A stretch of 64,000 nucleotides of DNA, taken from NCBI GenBank assembly GCA_973895155.1, contig OZ316892.1, positions 28,668,307-28,732,306 on the forward strand. Reading direction: 5' to 3'. Of the stretch, positions 26,124 through 39,400 are shown one piece after another. Both the position numbers and the translations under genes were made by a program. Numbering within the stretch: position 1 is the first letter of the stretch; each line of letters opens with the position of its first letter. Origin of the DNA: Marsupella aquatica. Its lineage: Eukaryota > Plantae > Marchantiophyta. The notes beneath the pieces were generated by a model. It searched no databases, had not been told where the DNA came from, and worked only from the letters and a program-made list of their open reading frames with translations.

Positions 26124-27125
26124 TCATGGATCACATTCATCATATTCTTCCGATTCAGAGTCCTCATCGATTCGAATGTCGCAGCGTCGGCATTCGGAGC
26201 AATCGTAGCAGATAAACTCCTTACAGAGCCTGCAGACTTGGCCGCCGCAGGGCTTACAAACGAGGCTCTCGCATGTTCCACATTCATTGAAGTCACTTGT
26301 GTGTTGATCACAGACAACCCTCGTGCAGTAGATGCACTTTGTTAGATTGTCTATAAAGCATTGTATGCACCCGATAATGCTGCATTCCTCGTGCATACAG
26401 AACCTCAATTTTTCAGCACAGTCCTCACAGAGGTCATGCTTCGGACCTCGTTTTGCCGACTCCAGCATCTTATTGGCCCTAGTTGGCTTGTCAACTCTGG
26501 ATGAGGTGGGCTGCTCTGTAGCAGAAGCTTTCCAGTTCAACACTCGTACAGTGTGATCAAGCTCATCCTTGCGACATGAGAGTTCCTGATTGTGCCTCGC
26601 CTTATCAACGCTCTCCCTTCCCATTTTCACCTTCTCGTTCATCTTCCTTCTCTTCAGCTCCCGCGCTGCGTCAATCTTCTCCTTGTTTGCCTCGTAGTAT
26701 TTCTTGGCCTCCTCCTTCGCCTCCTCCTCTCTCTTGCGTTTCAGTTCCAGTGCCTTTGCTCGTTTTATACGAATATCATGTACTTTGTTTGTCAGTTTCC
26801 GCAAGAAGGCTTGCAAATGCTCTGGCACGGTTGTGATGCCAGGGGCATGCTTCCCGTGCTTCCAAGTGACGACCTGACGTTCTGTATTAACAGAGAAAAT
26901 CATCAATCTGTCGGGCATATCGCTTTCCCCTTGTAATGCATTGATCATAAGAAAGGGTCGGACATCCGGGATATATTCAAGGGAATACGAATTCCACCAA
27001 TCGTCATCCCAATTTGGGTTGGGAGGGAAGGATCCCATACCCTCCTCGTATATAGTATTGAGGGCCGCAACCATAAGAGTGTGGTCTGCAGGCTCCAAAG
27101 TTATGTAATTTTGAGAGTCGGACAT
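26124..27125 (-). CDS. Intronless hypothetical protein with a coiled coil, a basic putative NLS and a C-terminal Cys-rich (20 Cys) putative Zn-binding domain
   Basis: 333-aa ATG ORF with an E/K/R-rich helix (ELKRKREEEAKEEAKK), repeated CxxC pairs and an acidic tail. Confidence 0.7.
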   Translation of the reverse strand: MSDSQNYITLEPADHTLMVAALNTIYEEGMGSFPPNPNWDDDWWNSYSLEYIPDVRPFLMINALQGESDMPDRLMIFSVNTERQVVTWKHGKHAPGITTVPEHLQAFLRKLTNKVHDIRIKRAKALELKRKREEEAKEEAKKYYEANKEKIDAARELKRRKMNEKVKMGRESVDKARHNQELSCRKDELDHTVRVLNWKASATEQPTSSRVDKPTRANKMLESAKRGPKHDLCEDCAEKLRFCMHEECSIIGCIQCFIDNLTKCIYCTRVVCDQHTSDFNECGTCESLVCKPCGGQVCRLCKEFICYDCSECRRCDIRIDEDSESEEYDECDP

Positions 27126-29703
27126 TGTATCTGGTTGCCTTGAGCAGGCTGAGTCTCGGTGACCAAATCCAGTACTAGCTGGATGATTCCTTTCCTCGTC
27201 TAGCTACACTAAATTCTGCTACAAGCCTAATTCGCTCCCTGACAATCCACAGTACAAGCAATTGTGTCGACCCAAACCCAATTGACCCAAATCTCAGCCA
27301 TGAAAGGGAGAATCATACTCCACGAGATTTCTGGTGTTTGAACGCTTGCATCCTCCTATTGGTATTGACAAGACATGTCATGTGGGTCCAGCTTTCGGCA
27401 ATCCTGTCATAAAGCAATCTCTCAATCAGTATACACATCTGCTTTCACTTCTAAAAGCCCACCATTGCAAAAGTACAAGAGCTCGGTGACGGGACCGGAC
27501 AGCAATTATAGAGATTGGAACGAGGTGACCCTTTCCTGACCAATTCTTATGTCGCTTGTGGCAACCTCTGAAAGAAGAAAAGAGCTCCACTTCAGTGAAT
27601 TTGATGCAGGCAGCGATTGGAAATCAAAGAGAAGCCGCATCCAGAAACTTCTCAATGACACAGAAGGTGAAACATCTATTAAAATCCAAAGAGAAGCCTC
27701 GTCCAGAAACTTTCCAATGACGTGGAAGGCAAAGCGCATGATCTTCTCGATTCCATTCCTTCCACAGCGTTTCACCTTCTGATGACATCGTCATCGAGAA
27801 GTCCGTTATTACAGTTGTGGGAAGACCCAGCTCATCAAGTCTATCATCGTCTCCACTCCTCTTATCGGATCAATTTCTTCCCGCCCGAGGGCTCCTCAAC
27901 CCCCGAGAAGAGGCACATATTTAACGAACTCAACTACATTCCTCTAGAAACAAATTCAACAAATTGAAGCGGCGGCGAACATCATTCTGTCGGCGGAGTC
28001 TGTTGCAGTAATTCATACCGAATCCATTCCTCTCATCCTCGTTCCCCTACACTTGTTCGTCCGGTGCTCCAAGGGCGTCTTTACTTATTACACTCATGAC
28101 CTTTTTTTTCACTATAGCAAATTGGAGGGACACTCTTGTTTTTAAAGTTGATTAATTCTGCAAAAACGACACGGATGAGGGGAAACACACCAATGTCACA
28201 CACCAGTGCTTGGGGGTGCTAAATGACTCTTCTGGACGAGCAGTTCAGAAGTTAAGGGAGCGGGATGATGAGAACCTTATGAAGTCCGAGTCCCCCAAAA
28301 AGTATTTACAAGATGATCATTGAAATGATAAACGAGACTCTGGTCTGGTCTCCAAACTACTGCAAGTCTAGACTCTCCCCACTACTGAGACTGAGACTTG
28401 CAGTGAAGGGCTTGCCCAGTGACTCGGGCCACTCCCGGACTGTCGCCTATCCGTTTATTTCCAAATGCAGTAGACTTGCCAGGGTTAGCATTTAGCGATG
28501 GAGGTGAATTTTTCTCTTGTGTATGGACAGAGAAATTCTCGCAAATGGAAGTTAGTAATGAGCTGCCTGTGAAGTAAATGGGTGGAAGCGGAATTGTTAC
28601 AAGGATTAGTGGGGGTTTGAGTGTTCGTTGTTTGCAAAGGGAGGAGATTTGGTCTTTTTTGCAAAAGAACTAGACACTGCTAAAAATTACTCTCAATTTT
28701 CATGTTGGTAGGAATGGCATTGTTCGGGAGGGGGCACTTCCAAGGGCTGCTCACCTTTCATACTCTAGTATGAGCCTACGTCTTAGACATCCTGGATTCT
28801 TTCGCAGCCATATCGTTTAGTGAAGTTGGATTCAGCTAACAAGTGAAGTTGAAAAACCATTGAACGCATTGATTCAAGTGAACTTCGATGAGACTTGGAC
28901 TCATTAAAATTAGATTTCACTGATCTTCCCTGTCAACTCCAAAGAAAAACAGCTTAGAAGTGAAGGGGGCGGGATGATGAGAAGTTTACGAAAAGGACTA
29001 CTATTTACTCGAAGATCATCGAAATGATGAACGACTCTTGTGTGGTCTTCAAAAAGTACTGCAAGGCTACAGCACTTGGATATCACGCTTTACTAGACTA
29101 GGCCGGGATGCCCTCAAAATTGTGACCCTCTTTCCTACATCTCTGTGCCCTCCGCATCTTTGAACGGGATTGTGACCACAACCCCTCTTCAATTCCGTCA
29201 TGGATAATCCTTCTATGTTGGTCCAGCTAGTCATGTCCTCCTCAAAACCCCCCGACGAGGTGATGTCGCGACCTAGCGATTGCCACAACGTACAGATGGA
29301 TTTGTCGCCAGTGCACCCTTGTTATCACTGCTACGCAATCTCACCGAGTATCCTCTTGAACTTTCCTATCCAATCGAATTATGGTCTCGACCAAATAATT
29401 CTGTGTTTTGAAGCCGAGAGTGAGCCCTTGTTCAATAGATGCGGTGCACTCTGGCACTCTGAGAAGTTATATGCGGATTAAGCGGAAAAAACAGTGTTTC
29501 CATTACCAGGTGCATCGGACACCTACCAGTACAAATAACTTCAAAAACAGCCCGAAAGCTGGAATTGGACGCTTTACGGTAACATGGTTTCTGGATTTAA
29601 GAAGGGATGCGAAGCCGAGCGAGTTAGGAAATACCTCAGTTCTGAATTAGTGATCTACTTATATCTATCCATTCACTGCAAAAATTGGTCAAAACCTGTT
29701 AGT

Positions 29704-30195
29704 CTAAGATGAAGCAGTCCTCTTGAGATGTTCCAAGTACTTCTTCTCTGCAGCTGTCAGCTTGAACCCGGGGTCGAGCTCGGAGATCTTGGTGCCGGCC
29801 CCTGAACCATAATTTAACCAAATAGGATGAGTACTAACTACTGATGACAATGCCGGTGGCGCTCTGGAAGCCTTGGCGACAGGAACGGCACAGGTCGGTC
29901 CGCTCTTCGATGCTGCCTTGATCATGACTCTCTCGAACGCGAGTCGAAGACGCCCCAAAAAAGTCTTTGAAGGCTCTTCTACCGGTTTGGCTGACGGTCC
30001 CGTTTGGAGGACGTTGCTATTGCCTGCCGTCCTTCGACTCCCAATCCTCAGGATGCGAAGCTTTCTTGCAACTCGAAAAGCAAAGGGAGGGGCAGCCGGC
30101 TCGTGCGTTCCCTCTGGCCTACCAAAGCTTCTGACATCCATGCTGCGGCTGTAACGAAGGCTAGAGCTAGAAATTGACTGCAGAAGCTTCGACAT
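29704..30195 (-). CDS. Small basic plant-specific uncharacterized protein
   Basis: 163-aa intronless ATG ORF. RKLRILRIGSRR and KTFLGRLRLAFERVMIKAAS resemble the KLRVVRLG / LxxLRDAYVxMML pattern of a land-plant uncharacterized family (from memory). Confidence 0.6.
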   Translation of the reverse strand: MSKLLQSISSSSLRYSRSMDVRSFGRPEGTHEPAAPPFAFRVARKLRILRIGSRRTAGNSNVLQTGPSAKPVEEPSKTFLGRLRLAFERVMIKAASKSGPTCAVPVAKASRAPPALSSVVSTHPIWLNYGSGAGTKISELDPGFKLTAAEKKYLEHLKRTASS

Positions 30196-32118
30196 TTTCA
30201 GGTCCCCTCCGTTCGTTTCCTTGCCTCCTTCTCCGATTGGGAAAGGAATGAACCAACCTACTTCAATTTGGGACGGCTACTTGCCAGACGAACGCAATAA
30301 ATCGGCGGAATGCGAGTACAACAACAAATTCCAAAACAGATGGAATTCGGACCACTGAGAATTTGCTGCCCCACAGAATTGAAATCCACCGTGCACAATG
30401 ATCAGAATCCCTGTCGCCTACGAAATCCTTCCATACTGAAAACGCCCCAAAAATCTTTGAGAAAGTACTGCAGCGACGCTAAACCTATTCAAAACCAAAG
30501 TGCTCTGGACGGTGCATGAAAACGATCGCCATAGCTGAAGTGAAGGCAAAAGGCGAGGCCGCCCCACCGAATGGAGATGTCCCGACGAAAACCACAATTG
30601 CTGCTACTTGCTGCGATAGAGAAGAACCCAGCGAAATTCTTGTCAGTTGAACCTCCCAGTTTTTCTGGGTTCTACTACACTATACAGGGAGATGAGACAA
30701 ACGGTTCCCGACTTCATTTCATCAAAGCAAACTGAATCGAATGCTGAATAATGGAGCGGCGACCGAAGAGGCTTGTAACTATGTTCAAGACAGCCGCGAT
30801 TCATTCTTTCTGTGAGGCGGCGAGAATGCATCAGGAATTGAATCCATCATTATCCTCAATTCCACAGCGTGGGCGGGCGGGATTGCTGTTGCTGGTCACT
30901 GGACGCGGCAGAGATTGACCCGGCGAGTCAGCAAAGAAGAGGATTGAATTGAATAATAATAAAGGTGAGTAGAGTAGAGTGCCGGTCCCACTTTACTGCC
31001 CAAGAGACGTCAACAAGGCTTGGTGGGGGCACAGGGGATTCACTTTGCACACAGAAGCCACTAACATCGAAGTCACCATGTGTTGTTCTCGACCGTGTCT
31101 GCCAGACGATGTTTCCTGACAGCATTCCTCAATCATCCTGTTCTGTGTACGTTTGTCGTTGCATTCTTGAGTGACCACTTTCCTCACTACAAGCGGTCCC
31201 AAAGCACCCTTCTTGGAAGGTGACAAATGCCATGTTTTAGTCAGACTCTTCACTCGTTGAAAACCTTTTCCATCCATCCAACAAATATAATGCCGCCTTT
31301 CTACACATTGTCGTCATCCAGTACCAAAGACATCTCCAGAATGATGTCAACGGAGGTTATAATAAGCACTCTATATGATCCTTCACGGCAATGCTATGTT
31401 AGCTTAATTCTTATCAGGAAGAAAAGTTATCAGAATCTTTTCTACTAGGTGATACCATTTTCATAACCCCATGCCCAGAAAGTCTTTTATTGTAATTTTT
31501 TTCCCAGAAAATCTTATCAGGTAATTTTTTGGGGGACAGATATTAAGAATGATAGTAACTCAAAAGTCTTATCAGGTAATTTTTTGGGGGACAGATATTA
31601 AGAATGATAGTAACTCTTTTGGGTTGGGGTTCTACTATGAAACTTCTTCCCACAAAGCTCAGAAAAACTCCCAAGTTGATGCCGGTCAGCATTTCATCAT
31701 TTTCTGATCACAGGCTAGTAACCCCAGACCAAACGGTCATTACCCTAGACTAGACTTTTGACTTGAAAAAGTTGTTCACTTTTCATCACTTTCTGGTCAC
31801 AGACTAGTACCCCTAGACCAAACAGTCATTATCCTACACTAGAATTTTGACTTGAAAAAGTTTTCCACCGATCCTACACTAGAATTTTGACTCGAAAAAG
31901 TTGTCCACCCACCCTAAAACCTTCCTGAATTTCTTTTTCTTTGTATGTGCATACAAGGTCATGAGACATTACCCCAACTAAGCCTTCTTGAAATTTTTCC
32001 TTTATATGTGTGGTACAAGGTTATGAGAAATTACCCAAACTAAACCTTTTTGGATTTTTTTCCTTTGTATGTATGTACAATGTTATGAGGCACTAGCCCA
32101 ATGCCCGTGCGTTGCACG

Positions 32119-32790
32119 AAAGATGTTAAGGTGATAAAAGATGTTGAGGAGAGAAATGATGTTGAAGTGAGCAAAAGATGTTGAGGTGATGAAAGATGTC
32201 ACAGAGAGAAAAGATGTCAAGGTGAGCAAAAGATTTCAAGGAAATAAATGATTTTGGGGTGAGAAAATATGTCAAAGAGATAAAAGATGTCATGGTGAGC
32301 AAAAGATGTCGAAGAGATAAAAGATGTTGAGGTGATAAAAGATGTCGAGGAGAGAAGTTATTTGTCAATGTGAGCAAAAAATGTGAAGGTGGTAAACACG
32401 TCCAGGCGAGAAAAGATGTTGAAGTGAGGAAAAGATATTGGGGTGAAAAAAACCAGGAAAAAGATGTCGATGAGAAAAAGAAGTCAAGGTGAGAAAAAAT
32501 GTCAAGGAGAGAAACTATGGTGAGGTGACAAAGAGATGTAAAGATGAAGGAAAGATCTCAAGGAGAGAAAAACGTCAAGGGTGAGGAAAAGATCTGAAGG
32601 TGAGGAAAGTATGGCAAGATTAGAAAAACATAAGATGTTGAGGCGAGGAAAAGATGTCAAGCCAAGTGAGAAAAGTTTTCAAGGAAAGAAAATATGTCGA
32701 GGGTAAGAAAAAATATAGTGGTGAGATAAAGATGTGAATGTGAGATAAATATATCAAAGCAAGATAAGATGTTGAGAAGAATGTCAAGGC
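32119..32790. repeat. AAAAGATGT-core minisatellite in the Helitron 3' subterminal region
   Basis: About 20-bp degenerate units (GGTGAGAAAAGATGTCAA). The reverse-complement array is at 58215-58728 in the second Helitron. Confidence 0.85.
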
Positions 32791-35309
32791 AAGGCAAAAA
32801 CAAAAACGCTTTGCAATGTAGTGGTGAGGCATGTTATGTGTGATCTTGAACGATTATATAGTTGTTGTGGTCATGTTCAATAACCCGCGCGTTGCACATA
32901 AAAATTAGACACCCAAAATAGTAGCCACCACATCATAGAGTTTAATTATGTTTTTGTGGGCAGGCTAAATTAAGGGCAAGCATTTTATTCTAAATGAGGT
33001 TCATGGATAAATCTGACAAAATCCAAAAATAATAGTTTAGACAAAGGATCAAGATGGGTTTCCACTTTTCCATGACTTTGTTTTAATTGGCCTCAAATAA
33101 TTAGTTTTTAGCTTTTTGAAAAAAAAAACTACTTAAGTTCACTCCCATTAACTAGTATGTGGGTCCAGCTCAATTTTTCTTCCACATTAATAATATTGTA
33201 TTTGTTTGTATTACTAACTCTGTTTCCTGGTCTTTCTTGGTTATCAAGTCTGCCAAAACTTTATGATGTGCCCAAATATAGTGCCAAGAATTTGGAAGGA
33301 GCTTTTAGCGTGGTACATAATATTGTAATCCTTTGTTTGTCTTCACCTCTTTCATGTTCTTTTCACCTCTCTATGTAATTCACATTGCAACTCTTCACTG
33401 TAGCAATCACCTCGCTTGTTCGTGTGACAAATTATTCATCACAAGGGTGAGCAACGAACTATCTTGGAGGCAAGGGGCTAGGCAATCACCTGCACTTCAT
33501 TGTCTCGCAATATTTTTGTGCAATGGATTATTATGCATTGGACTTGTCTATAAAATTATGAGATGTTTTTAAAAGTATTTGAAGTTTGCATAATAAAAGT
33601 TTACATCACTAACAAACAAATTCATAAACTCAAAAACTATTTATAGCATTGGTTTTTAATTGTTTTGTGGGGAGACAAGTATACTTTTTGTTTGGAAAGT
33701 GTAAATTATTCATCATGATTTGTCTAGTAATGACAAAAACAAAATTCTCATCAATTTTAATGGGAAATTGAAACAAAGAAAAAATCCATAAGTGTAGAAT
33801 CATAATGATCATGTTGGGAAGAGAGTAATTTTATATACAAACACCTTCATGAGAGAAGAAACATACTAATTTCATTTCTGTTTTTAAAATGTATGTTTTA
33901 CTAATCAATAGAAAGTCATAGCCTTATTTTTGGAGAGATTTTATAATAATAGAATAATTTAATGAATAGTTGATTAGTCTTGAATGCGTAAGTGAGTTTT
34001 GAGATTATGCTTATGACTTTTTTGGTGTGTATTCAAGGAATATGTTTGAATAAGGCCTAGGGGGAGCTCCACTCAAGTGGCATACAAGATATATTTTTAA
34101 GATTTCTCATGATGACTACCATCAAGGTAAATGTTTAAATTAGTTCGTGGACCCCTTGGCTAATTGACACCATGGCTATCATAAGCAGTTGTCAAAATCA
34201 GGCCTTTTCAATACATGCTACCAAATTCTCAAGCTATGAGAGTCAAAATTCAATGTGGCAAATCCATTTGCAATTAGATGAATGCCTTATAAAATGAATT
34301 GTATCCGTCATTGAGTTCAAGTTGGGACCATGGCTAGCAATTTACCTTAATTGCAAAGGGCTAGAAATCTAAAATTGGAAATGTAACTAAAACGTTTACA
34401 GAGTGATAGTTTTAACCGTCTTGCTCTTTGCATTTCTAAGTTTTCACATTTTTTTACGGCATGGCATCCCAAAATTTACACCAAAATTGACACAAACACG
34501 AATGAAAACTATAAGTTTGATTCACAAAACTGATGAAGTCTCGTTTGTTGCGGTTGTTGATGACATGGCACACTCTGGTGCCAGGAATTTTGGAAGGGAC
34601 CTCTAGTGGGGTCCGTAATTAGTGCATGTTTTTTATGACTAGAATTTGTGTTTATTTGTTATTTGTGAAGTGACTTGATATTTTGTCCATTCAATTGACA
34701 TGAGCAATTTTGTGTGAGTTTGTAGACAAATTTTGGCATCAATAAGTAACAACCCCAAGTTATCATCTAAGCTTGAAATAGAGGTTTGTTTCCCTCTTTA
34801 TTCCTCGTTGAATAAGTGTGATTGCTAAAGTTGTTCACTCATAAAGCTAAATCAAACATGGAATCTATCTATACTTTAAAATCTAATTTTCACACATATA
34901 ATATTTATCATAATAGTGTTTATTTTCAAATAAATTACCAGATTAGCTAAAAATTTGTAGCATTATCATATATGGATGTGCAAATATTAGTATATTAATT
35001 ATTTTACCACAACACTTATAGCTTTTATTTGAATCAACACAATAGATTTATGCAATCTTAACAAAACTATAAGTATTTGTAATTTGCAATTTATTTGTAG
35101 AAAGCAATGCTCTTGGTAGGTAGATGAGTCTTTGGTAATTTTGTTTCATATTGTTATTGTTATCTTAGCACATTATATATTTTAAGAAAATGAAATTTGT
35201 CTTTTGTTGGATTCCAAAAATGGAGAAGTTAGCTCTTTGTACCTAAAATTATTCACTTAAGTTTATTATCAATCGGGTACTATAATTATAAGGTCCATAT
35301 CATATTATT

Positions 35310-36005
35310 CAAGTTAAGGCAATAAACTATAGTACACACATATACAAAGGTCGGTGTAATGTTTGACCCTAATTGTAACTTCAAAATCAATATAAGGTTA
35401 CAAGTTAAGGCATTTTGGTACACACATCCGCAAGGATCGGTGTATTGTTTGACCCCAGTTGTAACTTCAAAATCAATGTAAAGTTACAAGTTAAGGCATC
35501 CTGGTACACACATCTACAAGGGTTGGTGTACTGTTTGACCCCAGTTGTAACTTATAAAATCAATATAAGGTTACAAAAGGCATTCTGATACACACATCCG
35601 CAAGGGTCGATGTATTGTTTGACCCCAGTTGTAACTCCAAAATCAATATAAAGTTACAAGTTAAGGCATCCTGGTACACACATCTACAAGGGTTGGTGTA
35701 CTGTTTGACCCCAGTTGTAACTTATAAAATCAATATAAGGTAACTACAAGTTAAGGTATTATGGTACACACATCTACAAGGGTTAGCGTACTGCTTGACC
35801 TTAGTTGCAACTTCAAAATAAAAATAAGGTTATCTGGGAAGGTTACATGTCAAGGCATTTTGGTACACATGTCTACAAGGGTCCGTATAATATTTGACCC
35901 CATTTGTAACTTCAAAATCAATAAGGTAATAAGTTAAGGCAATTGGTACACATATATTCAAGGGTTTGAGTATTGTTTGACAAGTTGTAACTTAAAAACA
36001 AGGTT
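35310..36005. repeat. Tandem repeat, unit about 85 bp, about 8 copies, inside the Helitron
   Basis: AAGTTAAGGCAT..TGGTACACACATC..CAAGGG..GGTGTA.TGTTTGACCCCAGTTGTAACTTCAAAATCAATATAAGGTTAC repeated. Confidence 0.85.
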
Positions 36006-36456
36006 ATATACTCTAGAGTTTACATTCCAAAAATCTAACATTCAATACCACTTCAAAACAATATTTTCATAACTAGATCCTTCCACATGTTAACATCATA
36101 ATAATCCTTGCATTAAACTTCAATGTAAGCTTCCCATGACCAAACCCTCACTTATTCACTCCACCTTCCTCATGATCTTTCACCCCTACTTATATTTCTA
36201 ATATTCTTTCCATTTTACTTGTATGGCGTCAAGAGGGTGAGAGAATGCTTTATATGTTGCTTACCAAGCTTATTTATTTTATTTTATTTCAATTAAAATA
36301 TATACCTAATACCCAACTTGGAGATTTTCAAATATTGATTTTTTTCAAAGTGCGCATATTGCCCAAGTTCTTCTTATTCTTTAGGCACTATAAAGGGCAT
36401 AATCTACTTATGTCAACATCCAAGCATGGATAGGTTTAGTTTAATAGAGTAGTTTG

Positions 36457-39400
36457 TGTTAGATATTGCTCTAGTCTTGTGACTCATGAGCTAACCATAA
36501 TTAGTCTAACTCGGGTTAGAACTTAGCTAATATTAGCGGTAGTGCTGTTGTGCATATAGCCAGGGTTGATGCCAGACCCTGGGTGGAACTTAGGCTCATT
36601 GTTACGGAGCTAGTTGAGAGATAGGGAGAGCTTGTGTTGTGGATGTTTGGTATGGCCAGTCGGCCTAGAGTGCAGTAAAGCTCTTGTGTGTTCCCGTGGA
36701 TGTAGCCTCATGTGGAGGTGAACCACGTATCTCTCTATGTCGACTCTTGTGCGTTGGATGGTTCATGGGCTTGCCGTTACGAATGTCGTCTATGCTCTCA
36801 ACATAGTGTCAAATCTAGGTAGTGATGACTGGATTCTAGATAGTGCATGTACTTTTCACATTTGATCTATGAGAGATTTTTTCAGTTCTTACACGGTTTC
36901 CAATGGGTCAGTGTTGATGGGAAATGGAATTCCATGTCAAGTAGTTGGACTTGGATTTGTTAGATTTTAGATGTTTGATGGTGCTGTGAGAACATTGAGG
37001 AATGTGAGACATATTCCTAACATGATGAAAAATCTCATTTCACTTGGAGTTTTAGAAGCAAATGGCCATCAGTGGAGTTCTGCTAATGGTGTCCTTCAGG
37101 TTCAACTGGTACTAAAGTTGTATTGAAAGGAAAGAGACATAACAATCTATACATTTTGGAGGGCAATGTAGTCTGTGATGAAGCCAATGTAACCTTGTCT
37201 CATGAGGAGACGGTCCGGCTGTGGCACTTCTGTTTGGGCCACATGAGTGAAAAAGGTTTGGCTATTCTTCAGAAAAAAAGATTATTTTCTAATTTGCAAT
37301 CTTGTAAGTTGGAATTTGGTGAGCACTGTGTGCTTGGGAAGCAGCACAGGAAACCCTTCGGAGTTGGAACTCACACCAGCAAGGAGGTATTTGAGTATAT
37401 ACATAGTGATGTGTGGGGTCCAACCCCTACTCTCTCACATTCTAGACGGTTATACTATGTCACGTTCATAGATGATTACTCAAGGTATGTGTGGATATAC
37501 TTTTTACATAGTAAGTCTGATGATTTTACCATTTTTAAGGAGTGAAAAGCCCAAGTTGAGAATCAGACTGGTAATAAGGTGAGATATCTTTGATCGGATA
37601 ACGGCGGTGAATACAGTTCCGGGGAATTTAGAATTTATTGTAAGGAGCAGGGGATTACCCGCCATCTCACAACAAGTTATACTCCTCAGTAGAATGGTGT
37701 TTCTGAGAGACTCAACCAAACACTATTGGACCGCTTGAGGAGTATGTTGAGTCAATCATGCTTACAACATGAGTTTTGGGCTGAAGCTGTCAACACTGTA
37801 GCTTATTTGGTAAATTTTTCTCCATCCAGTTCTATTGGATTCAAGACGCCATTTGAAATGAGGTATGGGCGTCCCACAACATCCGTCCGACGTCCAACAA
37901 ATTACTCACATCTGAGGATTTTTGGATATGATGCTTATGTGCTTACACCTTCCCAGCTTCGATCCAAGCTGGAGTCCAAGTTGAAGAAGTGCATTTCCTT
38001 GGCTATCAAAAAGGTGTGAAGGGTTATAGGTTATGGGATCCAGTAACCTGTAAACTAATTATCAGTAGAGATGTGTCCTTTAATAAATCCAGATCATCAA
38101 AGGAGGGGGAGAGTTCTCAGGACTCCCATACTGACAAGGGGAAATCTCCTATCCTGGACCGGGTTGAGGGGGAGATTAGTCATGATGATGTTGACATGAG
38201 AGATGGAGAAGCTCCAGGCTTGGAGCTGGTTCCTGTGATGGAACAAGAGGAGTCGATTGTTGTTGGGGTACCTCAAATTTACCTAGCAGCAGTAGATCAG
38301 CCTGAGTCATCTACTAGAAGAACTTCCAGTCGTTCTACTAGAGCTCCTACCAGGTATGGTCAATGGGCAGACTCATCTAAGGTAGATGATATTAACATTG
38401 CACCTGATGAAGATGATATGACTTTGATCATGGAAGAAGGAGAGCCTTCTTCGTATAGTGAGGCTTGTGCTTCAAAACACAAGCATGAGTGGAATGCAGC
38501 AATGCAGAGGAAGTTGCAATCTTTGAGTGACAACAAGACATGGGAGCTGGTGGAGCTCCCAAGAGGTCAGCAAGTGGTGGACAACAAGTGGATTTACAAG
38601 TTGAAGGACAATCCTTCAGAGGGTGGAGATAAGATCTACAAGGCAAGGCTTGTTGCCAAGGGGTTCACTCAGGAGAAAGGAAAGACCTAAAATAAGGTCT
38701 TTTCACCGGTGGCTAAGTAATCCACAATTCGGATCTTGTGTCAGCTTGTTGTGTTTTTTGGTCTGGTGATGGATCAGATGGATGTTGTTACTGCTTTTCT
38801 CTATGGCAACTTGGAAGAGATGATCTTTATGAGACAGCCACTAGGCTTTATGAAGAAGGGCCAAGAGAACTTAGTTTACAGATTGCTCAAGTCCTTGTAT
38901 GGATTGAAGCAATCTCCCAGACAGTGGAACAAGCGGTTTGATGATTTCATGCTTGCTCAAGGTTTTACAAGGATGGTGTATGATCCTTGTGTGTATACAA
39001 AATCAGTCAAGAATGATGTGTTTGGTTTCATCATTTTGGTGATCTATGTGGATGACATGCTGATTGTGGCTAAAGATCAATCTGAGGTTGACAGTCTCAA
39101 GGAAAAATTGAGTGCTGAATTTAGGATGAAGGATCTTGGTAAGACCAAAAGGATCTTAGGGATGAAGATTTTTAGGAACTCTGATACTGGACATTGTGCT
39201 TGAGTCAAGGCTAGTATGCGAGGAAAGTACTTGCATGATTGAAGCTAGTGAGTATTCCTTTAGCTTCACATTTCAAGTTATCATCGGCTTTCTCTCCTAC
39301 GGATGCTGTGGAGAAAGGTCTGATGGCTAAGTTTCCTTATGAGAAGACAGTAGGCAGTCTGATATATTTGATGACTTGTACTAGGCCTGACTTGGCCCTA

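Noticed and set aside
28255-29070. Two related segments starting with ATGATGA (possible C/D snoRNAs)
   Set aside because: No consistent D box or terminal stem in both copies; better explained as a local duplication.
32126-32832. Hydrophobic ORFs here and at 58270-58548
   Set aside because: They are translations of the AAAAGATGT minisatellite.
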